Shown one piece after another: positions 25,744 through 37,224 of a stretch of 64,000 nt of DNA. This DNA is from Gekko japonicus. Taxonomy: Eukaryota. Under the pieces are notes generated by a model that made no database searches, had not been told where the DNA came from, and saw only the letters and a list, made by a program, of their open reading frames with translations. How positions within the stretch are numbered: position 1 is the stretch's first letter; each line of letters opens with the position of its first letter. Position numbers and translations under genes: made by a program. The stretch is taken from NCBI RefSeq assembly GCF_001447785.1, contig NW_015176015.1, forward strand, positions 364,609 through 428,608, in the 5' to 3' direction.

Positions 25744-26158
25744 TAGGGTTGCCATTTGCCTGGTGGGGGCGGGGAATCTCCAGATTTTGTGGGCTCCTGC
25801 CCACCGCTAGCCAGCTGACTGGTGGGAGGGAGGAGGGAATCCCACCCCCAACAGTGATGTTGCACGCAATGTGACTGTGTCACCCGGAAGTGATATCAGT
25901 GATATCGGGGGGTGATGCTCTGAATTTTGGGCGAAACTCTATGGTTTGATGCTGATTTTACCATAGAGTTTTGCCCAAAATCCAGAGCATCACTCCTGAT
26001 GTTGTTGATGTGCCAGTGTCACTTCTGAGTGATGCAGGAGGCATGTCATGTGCAACATCACTGTTTTGGTGGGAATGGGTGCGGACGTCACTTCCCACTC
26101 CTGGAACATCCCCCCCCCCATCCCCCTGCTGGTGAGCAAAAGGGACCTGGCAACCCTA
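25744..26158. mobile_element. hAT MITE (TAGGGTTGCCA TIR)
   Basis: Perfect TIRs and perfect 8-bp TSD CCTCATTG. Confidence 0.92.
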
Positions 26159-26231
26159 CCTCATTGGCTGCTAAGCTATACAAATATTTTTGCATTTTTG
26201 ACAATCTGTATTTGTGCCAAAGCAGTTGATA

Positions 26232-26450
26232 CAGGGTTGCTAATCTCCAGGTCATGGCTGAAGATCTCCGGAGTTTACAACAGATCTCCAGGCAACAGAG
26301 TTCAGTTCCCCTGGAGACAACGGCCACTTTGGAAGGTGGACTCTATGGCATCATAGCCCACAGAAGCCCCTCCCCTCCCCAAACCCCTCCCTACTCAGGT
26401 TCCACCTCCAAAATCTCCAGGTATTTCCCAACCCAGACCTGGTAACTCTA
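26232..26450. mobile_element. hAT MITE (TAGGGTTGCCA family, short type)
   Basis: cagggttgctaa / ctggtaactcta; internal CAGTTCCCCTGGAGA..GGTGGACTCTATGGCA shared with 42978-43193 and 62318-62537. Confidence 0.8.
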
Positions 26451-26760
26451 AATTGGTAAGGAACCAGCTGACTATTCCTGGTCTAAGCCATCACAAGTCA
26501 GTCTTGTTCCTCCCTTCCATAATTTGAACTACTTTCCAAAATCACTTGAGTTGTAATCATTCTGCCACCACGGCACCCAATTATGTGGATCAGGAGTGGA
26601 GAAACACTCATTGTAATGATGTCAGGACAAGGAAAAACATTAACTATATATAAAAGAAGGGTGAGGATGCTCAACCAACCCTGCATTATTTGGATGGTTG
26701 AATACCATCTTCTCTGGTCTATTAGTGGCTACTAGACACGGTGACTAGACATGGTGAATA

Positions 26761-27110
26761 GGAGCTGCGGTGGCTCAAGTGGTTAAGACGCTGAACTGCA
26801 GACTGTGGAAGGTTGGTAGTTCAGCACTTCGAGACCCGAGTGTGCCGCATGATGGCGTGAGCTCCCGTCTCTAGTTCCAGCTCCTGCCAACCTAGCAGTT
26901 CGAAAGCAAGAAATTGCAAGTAGATAAATAGGTACCACTTCGGTGGGAAGGTAACAGCGTTCCGTGTGCCTTGGTGTTGAGTCATGCCAGCCACATGACC
27001 ACGGAAACGTCTTCGGACAGTGCTGGCTCTTCGGCATTGAAATGGAGATGAGCGCCACAACCCTAGAGTCGGATTTGACTGGCTTTCGAGCAACGGAACC
27101 TTTACCTTTT
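26761..27110 (+). mobile_element. Sauria SINE (Squam1), full length
   Basis: GGAGCTGCGGTGGCTCAAGTGGTTAAG head to ACCTTTACCTTT tail; imperfect ~15-bp TSD tagacatggtgaata / tagacgtggtgacta. Confidence 0.95.
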
Positions 27111-27134
27111 TAGACGTGGTGACTAATGTGAATC

Positions 27135-27312
27135 TCGATGTTCAAAGGCAGTCAGCCTCTAAATCCCAGTGTTCATAAGCAACATCTGGGGAGGGCCTCG
27201 GTTTCTAGGCCCTGTTGTTGGCTATCCAGAGGAACTGGTTGGCCTCTGTGTGAGACAGGATGCTGGACTAGATGGACCACTGGTCAGACACAGAGGGTTC
27301 TTATTTTCTTGT
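27135..27312 (+). mobile_element. CR1-type LINE 3' fragment
   Basis: ggatgctggactagatggaccactggtc...ttcttat tail typical of CR1 3' ends. Confidence 0.6.
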
Positions 27313-27840
27313 ATTCTCTGTATGTGTTTACCATATCAACCAATCATGCTGACAAATACCTAGTCTGAAATTCTAAGAACCAAATAATGTGCCCTGTGAC
27401 AATATCTGTACTGACTAATTTTTTAAAAAAGTTATTTCCTAGGTGGTAATGAAATACAAATGAAGCTCATGTCTCTAAAATTTTCCAAGTGGGTTGCATC
27501 AGCTGCCACTGAGGGAAGCAGCTTGTTTATACCACTTACTGTGTACTCCACCATGAGTAGCTATTCTCTCACCTAGTGTAGGAACAAATGTTCCTATTTT
27601 ATCTGACAAATGTTGTGGAGAATAGGAGAGCGGCATTAGAAAAGGCTTTTGTCTTGTGTTATTCAAGGCAGCTGTGAAAATACTGGCAATTATGTCAGAA
27701 TTATTATCACTCTCTAACTATCTGGGAATAAAGCTGATGGCAGAGAGACTTGGCACAGGTTTTTTTCATGTTAGTAGGGGCCCTAGCCTCTACTAACATA
27801 ATCACTATCTCCATCCCTTATCAGTAATATGGAGGTCCTG

Positions 27841-28083
27841 TATGGCTGCCAAATCCCCCCGGGGGCGGATTTCCCCCTGCTTTGGACGCCCGATTTCCGC
27901 CGCCGCGGAATCGGGCCCCGGGGGAAACCCCACCCCGGCGTGCATGTCAGCCGGATGTGACATGATGACGCTGGGCATGCTGGGGGCGGGGCCACAGCCA
28001 TTTGAGGGGAAAACATAGAGTGCGTGCTCAGGACGCCAAACGGGAGCCCCCTGCCGTGAGGTAAAAATGATTTTGCAACCCTA
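27841..28083. mobile_element. CpG-rich hAT MITE (TAGGGTTGC family)
   Basis: tatggctgccaaatc / gattttgcaacccta, TSD AGGTCCTG/AGGACCTG. Confidence 0.8.
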
Positions 28084-28434
28084 AGGACCTGTCCTACCTT
28101 ACTGGTTTGTTGTCAGGTTTAGGAGGCCATGTATATTAAGCATGTTGAACATTCTAAAATGCCATAAGGTCTACACATTTAGCAGCATTACTACTGCCCC
28201 CAGCAGCAGAACAATATGCTTTTCTAGCAAACATTGTACAGGGAATTGGCCGGTGGCAAAAAAAACCCATCAGGTATTCAGAGCCCGAGATGGCATGAGC
28301 ACACCTCGCTGGAGCTAAAAGGTGCCTTCGCCATTTTAGAAATGATAAGACGTCTTATATAATTAATCGTGAGATTGTATGTATGAAATTGAATAATGCA
28401 GCTTTGTTAGGGTTACTAACCTCCAGGTAGGGCC

Positions 28435-28612
28435 TAAGAACATAAGAACATAAGGCCCATCCAGTCCAACATCTAATTCCCTTTTGAAGCCGTCCATGCT
28501 TGTAGCCGCCACCACTTCCTGCGGCAGTGAATTCCATGTGTTAATCACTCTTTGGGTGAAGAAGTACTTCCTTTTATCAGTTCTAACCCGACTGCTTGGC
28601 AGTTTCATGGAG
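28435..28612 (-). mobile_element. CR1 LINE ORF2 C-terminus and tail, inserted in a hAT MITE (28408-~28800)
   Basis: ORF KLPSSRVRTDKRKYFFTQRVINTWNSLPQEVVAATSMDGFKRELD and (TTCTTATG)n tail; MITE sequence on both sides. Confidence 0.88.
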
Positions 28613-28985
28613 TGCCTGAAGATCTCCTGGTACTACAACTGATCTCCAGACTACGGAGATCAGTTCCCCAGGAGAAAATGGATGTTTTGGAAGGCGCACT
28701 CTACGGCATTGTGCTCTGCTGAGGTCCCTCCCCTCCCCAAACCCCTCTCTCCCCAGGTTCCATCCCCCAAAATTTCCATTTCCCAACACAGAGATGGGAA
28801 GCCTATTTGTTACAAATCTGTACTGGTCCCAAAGACATTCTGTTTGGGGCCTGGAGTGAGTGAACAGTCTCCGGAGAGCTGCTGGTTACTGTAGAGACAA
28901 ATGCATTTGGGTGCTGGTGAGAGAATGACAGTTGCTGTCACGCTTGGGAAAGAGAGCTCTCGTGGGAAAGAGACAGGAGGGCAGA

Positions 28986-29682
28986 GGAAAGGGGGCTGAG
29001 GAGACCAGGGCCCTTTCTGCACTGGTGGGTTTTTTCCCCACACTCACATCTGTTCTGCTTCACAGTACATTTTCCATTCTGCATTGCCTCCCATTTTCAC
29101 TTCACGGTATATTTTTTAGTTTCGCATTGCCTCCTGGTTTTACCCTGCCTTTCTGTCAGATTATTTTTTTTAATTCTGCATTGCTCAGCTCTCAGTTTGG
29201 TGTCGCTCTGCCGTTTCCCCAGGTTTTCTAAATGCTATTTTACTGCAAATTTTAACACTCCCACATTCACGCCAGAGTAATTCGAATGCAGAAATATCTC
29301 CTCAGATTTTCTTCCCTGCCCCTTTCCCCGAGGACAGTGGAAAGGGGGCTGAGGAGACCAGGGCCCTTTCTGCACTGGTGGGTTTTTTCCCCGCACTCAC
29401 ATCTGTTCTGCTTCACAGTACATTTTCCATTCTGCATTGCCTCCCATTTTCACTTCACGGTATATTTTTTAGTTTCGCATTGCCTCCTGGTTTTACCCTG
29501 CCTTTCTGTCAGATTATTTTTTTTAATTCTGCATTGCTCAGCTCTCAGTTTGGTGTCGCTCTGCCGTTTCCCCAGGTTTTCTAAATGCTGTTTTACCGCA
29601 AATTTTAACACTCCCACATTCACGCCAGAGTAATTCGAATGCAGAAATATCTCCTCAGATTTTCTTCCCTGCCCCTTTCCCC
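28986..29682. repeat. Tandem duplication, 344-bp unit, period 353
   Basis: 28986-29329 and 29339-29682, with a 9-nt junction gaggacagt and at least 3 substitutions between copies. Confidence 0.92.
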
Positions 29683-29699
29683 CCCTCCTCAGAGGCCAC

Positions 29700-31500
29700 T
29701 CCTCCACCCACCCCCTTCTGTGTCCCCCTGGGGAGTCCTTTGTCATGTTTGCGACTGAAAGGAAAGTAATGCATGGGTGTGCTGCAGGCTTTGAACGGGA
29801 GCTTTTTTCTCAAGAGGTTCCACAAAGACTTCCATGTTTGCAAGCACTGAGTCCCACCGGACGCAGTCACAGGAGACAAGGTGGGCATGGGGACACATGC
29901 CAAAAGGCTCTCTGCATTCCGTGGACTGTCTAAGGCTCTGAGCTCGGCTCTGCTGGTTGCACCTGCTGCAGGGAAGCAATCAGCACATGGCTGGACTTAA
30001 ATTTGTCTTTTCTCTTTCACTGAGGAGCGGATTTCTGGGGGGGGGCTTTGCAAAGACAAGTTCTCCGCACCAGCAATGCCGCTTCCATTGCTGGGAGCTG
30101 CTGTCTGCTGCCACCCCCCACATGAATATATAGTTCAATAGGGAGCTGGAGGCAAAAGGAGGGAGCGAAACATCTATACATCCATTGAACTCCTTCCTGC
30201 AAGTTGAAAAGCTCTGCTCTCTAGAAGTGTTTCTGCTGGAAAGATTTTTCCCCTCCCCTGCCACTCGGGGGAACCGCATCCTCACCAGTTCCGGCCATGG
30301 TTCCACCACCACCACCACAGTGGCTGCCACCAAAGCACAAACTGACTGACCGACCAGCCAGCCTCCCAGCTCAAGTCCCTCTATGGGTCGTCCATGCCTG
30401 GAGTAGCCCAGTGGCGATGAGTTAAGGAGGGTGGAGGAGTGAGAAAGAGAGAAAGGGAAGGCCGCGGTGTGCCCCATCGCTTGGGTGCTGGCTTGGCCAA
30501 GTCAGTGGCCATTTCCCTGTGTCAGTTTCATTCACAGAACTGAACAAGGAGAATTTAAATGGAAGGTGCAAGGAGTGAGGGGTGGAACGGGGATGGACAG
30601 ACAAACAAAAATAAAGAGGGGTGATTGTCAGCTTGGAATGAAATTGACAGTGGGATGGGAAAGGTTTGATGTAATGCTTCAGTGGACCAAAACAGCTTGT
30701 GAGATGGTTACCCCTAAAATGACAAATTTACAACAAAAAAACAAGGGAATCACCGGATTCTGTGTGGAGTGCAGTCAGCAGCGCTAGAACATGGCACATG
30801 GGGTGGGAGGGAGAATGGGGGAGGGCGTCAACCCCTTCCTGCCCCCAAGGCTCCTTGGCTGAGAGCCAGAGCCCTCCATGGCCAGGGAGACCCACCAGGG
30901 CTCCAGCTGACCCAGCTGAGCTCTGAGAAGGAGCAGGAGATAGAGCTACTAGAGGGGTGAGTGTTTTTTATTTGCTTCCAGCTGAGGTGATTTAGCTGAG
31001 GGTACTGTGTGGGAAGACTGTGTTTGGGAGTGAGTGGGTGAGTTTTGAGTTGTTGCAGAGTCCTGGCTGCAAGAGATAGAATGAGAACAGGCCATTGTTC
31101 GACTGTAATTGGGTTGCCTGAGTGAATTTGAATAGCTGCTGGCCCCACCCTCTGCTGGCCGAGGCTTGTTTTTAAAGCAGCACCTCACCAGAGGCATGAG
31201 CTGAAGCAACATTGGCCTCTCTTATGTTTTTATGTAGGGCTGGAACAGCAGGGGAGGGTTCCCTGCTGCTGCAAACAGCTCCACGTGGCTTCTTGCTGGT
31301 GCCCCAAATGAGGCACAGAGGAAGGGGGCCAAAAGAGTGGCCCAGCAGCAGCAAGCCAAAGGGGGTGGGAGAGCAGGGAGGAAAGGAGAGAAAGGGGAGT
31401 GTGTGGTTCCCCATCCATTGTATGCACACTCGGCCAAGTCATTGGCAATTGGACACCAACCCACACAGATCACAAGTGGTGTTAACCACAATTAAGCAAA
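29700..31500 (-). promoter_or_regulatory. Putative intronic alternative promoter/regulatory region
   Basis: ~1.8 kb with no recognisable repeat, G/C-rich, surrounding the candidate exon. Minus strand has CATAAAA (31228-31234), a second CTG|GTGAGG donor (31189), E-box CACGTG (31282-31287) and several CCAAT/TTGGC motifs. Motif-level evidence only. Confidence 0.35.
30286..30397 (-). CDS. Candidate alternative CAMK2 exon in intron 2 (coding part 30286-30298, MAGT + phase-1 G, in frame with exon 3)
   Basis: Minus strand: pyrimidine tract, branch-like CTTAAC, acceptor ctactccag|, Kozak gaaccATGG, ATG GCC GGA ACT G|gtgagg donor. In-frame upstream TGA; lies in repeat-free sequence. No transcript evidence available. 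Confidence 0.5.
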
Positions 31501-32060
31501 AAAGGCGAGTTTTGGTTGTAGGTCCAGAATGCATGATCCATATATTTTGTGTTTCCTGGGGGGAAATCTGGAGGTGCAGAATTAAAAGCACGGAATCTGG
31601 CATATAAGCAAAACAGGGTCTGCTATGGAGAAACAGTGGGATAAATATGCATGCAGAAAGGGCCAAAAGAAGAGAGTGAAATAATGGACCCTGGAAACTT
31701 ATAAGGCATATTGTGAAGGGAGCAATAGGTCCATGACAGAATGAAGACTGGTGGACTTTCAGTCAATACTATGGGCAACAGCTCTCTGAAATCTGCAGGA
31801 ATTAAAGGCATTTAAGGAAAAGGCTTCAGTGGAGGATAAGCAGGACAATGACTCATCTTTTCATTTCTGTCTATGTTTGTAAAGAGGTGAGTGTGTGTAT
31901 TGAGTGCCATGGGGAAGTTGCTCAAGTATTGGGCAATGGTGGCTATGGTGGTTACAAAATTGTAGAAACAATACTCACATAATACTTTTTTGTTGTAGCT
32001 AGTCTGCAGACTAGGCGCTTCCCAAATATCTTTTCTCTCCTACCCCTTTTGTATTGTATT

Positions 32061-32150
32061 GAACATTCAGCCTGAGGAGGAGTTCCAGGGAACTCAAGAG
32101 CTTGTTCACCATTTGGTGATGGCTGGTCCTTACAAAGGTTTTAGCCATGA
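32061..32150 (+). mobile_element. Penelope-like terminus with hammerhead relic
   Basis: CTGAGGA core, perfect stem II GAGTTCC-ag-GGAACTC, AAGA in place of GAAA, then GCTT; gaaca/tgttc closing stem. Confidence 0.55.
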
Positions 32151-32232
32151 AAAACAATATTGAATTGCATAGATTAACTGAGTTAAATGATTAACAGCAA
32201 CAAATGAAGATGTACCTAATGTTTAGAGGATA

Positions 32233-32550
32233 CTAGCCTGATACCTGTGCTTCGCTATGGTAAATCCAGTTATAATTATGTAAATCCATTTATAATACTG
32301 ATGGTGAAGTTTGAAATGTAACGTTTGTTGTAGGAATTCTAATGGAGAAGATTGTAGTGTAAAAAATGAAATGAGACATATGTAATTTTCTCTCTCTACT
32401 GAAGGACCTCTCTGTAGACCACATTGGTGGTTCTGCCCTCAGGTGGTAGGATCACCAGGCTGCTTGGTGAGCTCACTCTGGAGCAGGCCACATAGACCTG
32501 TCCATTTAAGGAGCAGTTGTCTGTTAAGTCAACTCCTGCCACCTTCCACA
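32233..32550 (-). mobile_element. Helitron 3' end with PIF1-like helicase C-terminus
   Basis: ORF ends KVAGVDLTDNCSLNGQVYVACSRVSSPSSLVILPPEGRTTNVVYREVLQ* (helicase motif VI). The minus-strand terminus has a subterminal hairpin TACCATAGCGAAGCACAGGTA followed by CTAG|T. Confidence 0.9.
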
Positions 32551-32632
32551 AAAGTGATGGCCTTTCTACTTGTGTTCCTGGATTGTTTTGCTCATATGAA
32601 GACTGTGTTGTTCTGACCACTTCAGGGTGATC

Positions 32633-33107
32633 TTTATTTATTTATTTATCCTTGGATTTATATCCCACCCTACCCCGAAGGCTCAGGGCGGCTGACAAGG
32701 GCACAATGTGCCAAGATTATAACAATAAAAACGCAAGTATAAAACAGTAAAATAGAGTAAAATACAATAACAAATTTACAATACAAATCTAAACAATGGG
32801 TAGATCTTAAACCCAACGGTAGCTTCCTGAAATCTATCATCCACTTCATGCCAGGGGTGCCTCGCCCCTCAGTGGGATCCAGACAATCGTGGTGATAGTA
32901 CGACGGTGCATAGAAGGCAATGGTGGAATAGTAGTGGCGGCGGCTCCTACTCAAAGGCCTGGTGGAAGAGCTCTGTCTTGCAGGCCCTGCGGAACTGACA
33001 AAGGTCCCGCAGTGCCCGGATCTCCTCCGGGAGCTCCTTCCACCAGGTAGGAGCCGCCTCCGAAAATGCCCTGGTCCTGGTTGCCGCAAATTTAACATCT
33101 CTAAGGC
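32633..33107 (-). mobile_element. L2 LINE 3' end (runs into N gap 33108-33201)
   Basis: Minus-strand tail cagccgccctgagcc + (TAAA)n; upstream homology to the L2 ORF2 end at 52950-53130. Confidence 0.8.
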
Positions 33108-35339
33108 NNNNNNNNNNNNNNNNNNNNNNNNNNNNNNNNNNNNNNNNNNNNNNNNNNNNNNNNNNNNNNNNNNNNNNNNNNNNNNNNNNNNNNNNNNNNN
33201 NCCTGCAAGTTGAGCACCAAAATGGCTCCTAGAAAGGTCCTTTTCTATCTCCCCATGAACATTCATTAATTCAATTGCCATGCTGGCTTTTTTGAAAAAT
33301 GTCTATTTAGGAGTCTCGAATCACTGATTTTGTAACTGCCCTCAACTGTCTGCAGTGTTTTCTAACTGTGTTTTTACCTCAGAACATTGAGATCCACAGC
33401 TGAGCAATCAGAGGAAGGTGGGTGCATGCAGGCAGGTTTTACCTCAGAACTCTGAGCTACACAATTGACCAAATGGGGGGAGAAAGGTGGGATATCAATA
33501 ATCAGTATTTCTATTTTGAAAAGAAGGAAGCGCCCTCTCACATTTCAAGCACAGTTTCTGAAGTGAGCCAACAGGAAATAATAATTGTAATGTCAAATAA
33601 ATTGCTTAGATAAAGTTAGAATTTGTGCACAAAAGAAGAATTTATTCATGGCTTGCATTGGGTTTACATACTAAGAATATTGCTGCTCTTATGTCTTCTA
33701 AAGAAATCCATCAAGAGAGAAACTCCAAGAACTCAGGTAACCAAGAGTGATTCTGTAGTCCACTTCCCCTCTCAGTTTGTAGTCTTTTCCTTCATAAACT
33801 TAGCTGCCAGGAGCCCTGCTGCCATTGAGGATCCTTGAACTATATGTGTAGAACTGTCTTTGAGACATTCCCCCAGCAGGAGAAGGCTTCCCCCTCCCTC
33901 ACCCCCCAAGCAATCTTCCCGACAATGTGTTTGGAGCAATCACAGGCCAGTACAACTTGCTCCCTGATGAAGCACAGCAAGCTCTCAGCATGAAGGGCAA
34001 TGTAGGGTTTTATTGTGGGTTGTTGTGAGGAACAGGGAGTGCATGTTCTTTAACTGAAATTGGCAGGTGAGATCTCACTCTTCAGTGCTGGCTTTTTTGC
34101 GAACAGTGATCAGCAAGCTTTCCTTTTACCTTCACAGCCAGGGAGCAAAATGTCAGAGAGATATCTCCTCCCACTCCACCCCTCTATTCACATCTTCTGT
34201 CCCTTCCTTTAGAACTGACAGCTATTTGAGCAATATGAATGTTCTGGAAAGATCACAAATAGCATGGACAAAAATGGACAGCATGCACGGCAGGACACCG
34301 GTTGAGAGTTTCAGACAAGATGAAAGGATTTTCTTCTTTCTTGGTGTACAACTGATTCATGTGTGGTACTTGGTTACCATGGGATCTGGAGCTAGACCGT
34401 AGCCTAAAATGACGAACAAGTAGTAGTCAAGAAGGGACAGAGACATTCATGAAAGGCAGCAATATCAAAGCTGCCCATCAAGAAGGCCAGAGCTCTCACA
34501 CCCCTGCCGGGAATGCCCTTAAATCTGACACTGCTGAAGCTGGTAAAACGTGACAAATAATAGGAGAGCTCTTCTCTTGTCCTTTGCACCCATTGTTGGA
34601 GGCAAGGTTAAATGTACCATTGATCCAAGTGACTCAGTAAATTCTAATGTTCACAACTTCTAATCCTAACCATTCACACAAAGTCCACACAGCCCTAAGA
34701 TGTTTAAATATCAGAAAGGGTGGGGTAGAATAAAGATAATATTATTTAAATTCAGGTGAATGTATTCTGAATATGGCCATCTTTTTGGAAATGTGTTTGT
34801 TTTTTGCTCATTGCCTAAGAAAGGGGCAAAAAAAAGATAGAAAAGAATATAAGATTTGGGAGATTTTTAAAATAAATCCTAATGAGACGCAGATTGTTCT
34901 TGCACAAGTCTAATGATTTTTCCAGAGTATAGATACCCAGGCATGGTTGAAATGCTTCATGGCTGCCAGGCACAAACCCAGGAACTTTTTTCAGTGGCTG
35001 GCCTTAGTTCTGGAACATGTGAAGCAGTTATAAGAACATGTACAGACTATTTCCCTCCCAACTGAGCTTGCTCATAGACATTAGGGATTACAGCTGACTG
35101 GTCTGAGCCCAAGGCTTTCTTTTGTTTTAGAAAAACTGTGTGCTTTTGGGCACATAGATCTATCATATTGTGACTTGGTACTTTCCTTTGAGCACTTTTG
35201 TGTCCAGAGAAAAACTTTGGAGGGTCTTTAAAGGGAAGGTATAAAAAACACTTGGGTAGACTCGGTCATTTAGCAGAGAATAAAATCATCAGACTTTTCT
35301 GCTACAATACATACATATGTCTGTTATTATAGTTTCTAT

Positions 35340-36560
35340 TTTTAATTTATTATTTACAAAATTCATACCACATCCTTCTGCCTACATCAGGGCCACCAAT
35401 TTGGCTAACAGATTAAAAACATATACAATAAAAATACATCATAAAGCATTAAACCAAACAAAAACACATACTTAAATCCAAATTAAAATACAAATACAAT
35501 AAAATATATGTACATAAAAACAACAATTAAAAACAGCACAGGAAGAAGGGATCACTGAGTGAGCAGCAGATGAAACAAAGAAATATTTACTCACTGGTGG
35601 AAGATGGCAACAGAAAGAGACAAGTGAGTTTCTCTGGGGAAAGAATTCCCGATTTTCAGTGTCATGACCAAGAAGGCCCTCTCTTGGGTTGTCACTGTTA
35701 GAAGGTGGGGGCACCCAAAGCACGGCCTTGGAAAGATGGCTGTAGCAGTCCAGTAAATTCATCTTCTGAGCATGGGACAGGGGTCACTGGGAGTGTGGGG
35801 GGGTATTCATAATTTCCTGCATTGTGCAGGAGGTTGGACTAGATGACCCTGGAGATCCCTTCCAACTCTATGATTCTAAGTTTATTAAGGGGGCAGGCAG
35901 TCCTTCAGATATGCTGATCCCAAGCCATGTAGAACTTTAAAAGTCAACAGCAGCAGGGCTCTTTTTGTAGAAAAAGCCCAGCATGAACTCATTAGCATAA
36001 TAGGCCACACCCAACAGCAGAAACTCCTTAGCATATTAGGCCCAACATATTAGGCCACAACCCTGACAGCACAGCTCATTAGCACATTAGGCTGCACCCC
36101 CATGTTACCTGTTACCAGAAGTGTAGTCCTCCAGCCACACCCACCTGTTGCTTCTTATTCTGTTTACCTTGTTTGTTGTCAAAACCCAGGGCTTTTTTTG
36201 TAGAAAGAACGCCTTTGCATGTCAGCCACACACCCCTAATGTAACCAACCCTAATGAGTTTCTGCTGTTGGGTGTGGCCTATTATGCTAATGAGTTCCTG
36301 CTGGGCGTGGCCAGCTTGAGAGCCAGCTGGAACTCCGTTCCTGTGCGTTCCTGCCCAAAAATAGCCCTGAACACCAGCATGATGAATTGTGCCTGGAAAC
36401 AGATTGAGAGCCAGTGTAGATGGGCCAGTGTAGACTGGAGTGATATAGTTCCTATGACCCACTCCAGTCACAATCCTGGTTCTAGCATTCTGTACAACTT
36501 GAAGTTTCGAAGCACTTTTCACGGGCAGCTCCATGCAGAGTGCATTGTAATAATCTAATT
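35340..36560 (-). mobile_element. Old L2 fragment interrupted by a CR1 tail (35760-35878) and a hAT MITE (35954-36369)
   Basis: MELPVKSASKLQVVQNARTRIVTG resembles the L2 LQLVQNAAAR motif. CR1 tail ggttggactagatgaccc..ttccaactctatgattcta. MITE TSD AACAGCAG/AACACCAG. Confidence 0.75.
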
Positions 36561-37224
36561 ATTAAGTACTGAGACAAGACAGCTCTTTCATAATAACATG
36601 CTTTTTTATTGAACTTGTGAACCAGAGGCTCAACAGGAACCAATTTATACTTGTAAAACCCACACTCACCTTAAACAACAACCAATACCAAGTAGGCAGC
36701 CAGAATCCTTCATTTGCAGTACATAACATTAATGTAAATGTAACCAGGGCATGCACCACAGTGCTTATTTTTATATAAGCATATGTTGTTTAGTAGCAAT
36801 ATAAAGCTGTGACCTGCCCAAGACATTTTAGGTTCTTGTTTGTACAAGTCACATTTACATGCATTTTCCTTGACTTCAGGCATCATAAATGAGTAGAAGG
36901 TGAGAGGGTACTAATGTTGTGTGTTTCCAGGTTGAATATATATCTGGGGAAAAAAATCTGTATTTTTTAAATATATCTGGGTATCCAGAGCAATATTCAG
37001 GATTCTTGGAATACTATTATACAGGTCCTAATTATTTCCAGAAATATCTGGGCCAGCATTTTAAAGCTCCCAGGCCTGTTTTTCTTGCATTTAACAGGTT
37101 TCCTCGGCAACAGGAGGGAGTAGGGAAGGAGGCAATTCTCCCAGGCAATTAGGGGGAGCGCTGGAATTGTCTGCTCAATCATGAAGATTGCCAGACCTGA
37201 ATTTTTTTGGAATTCCAAAAGGAG

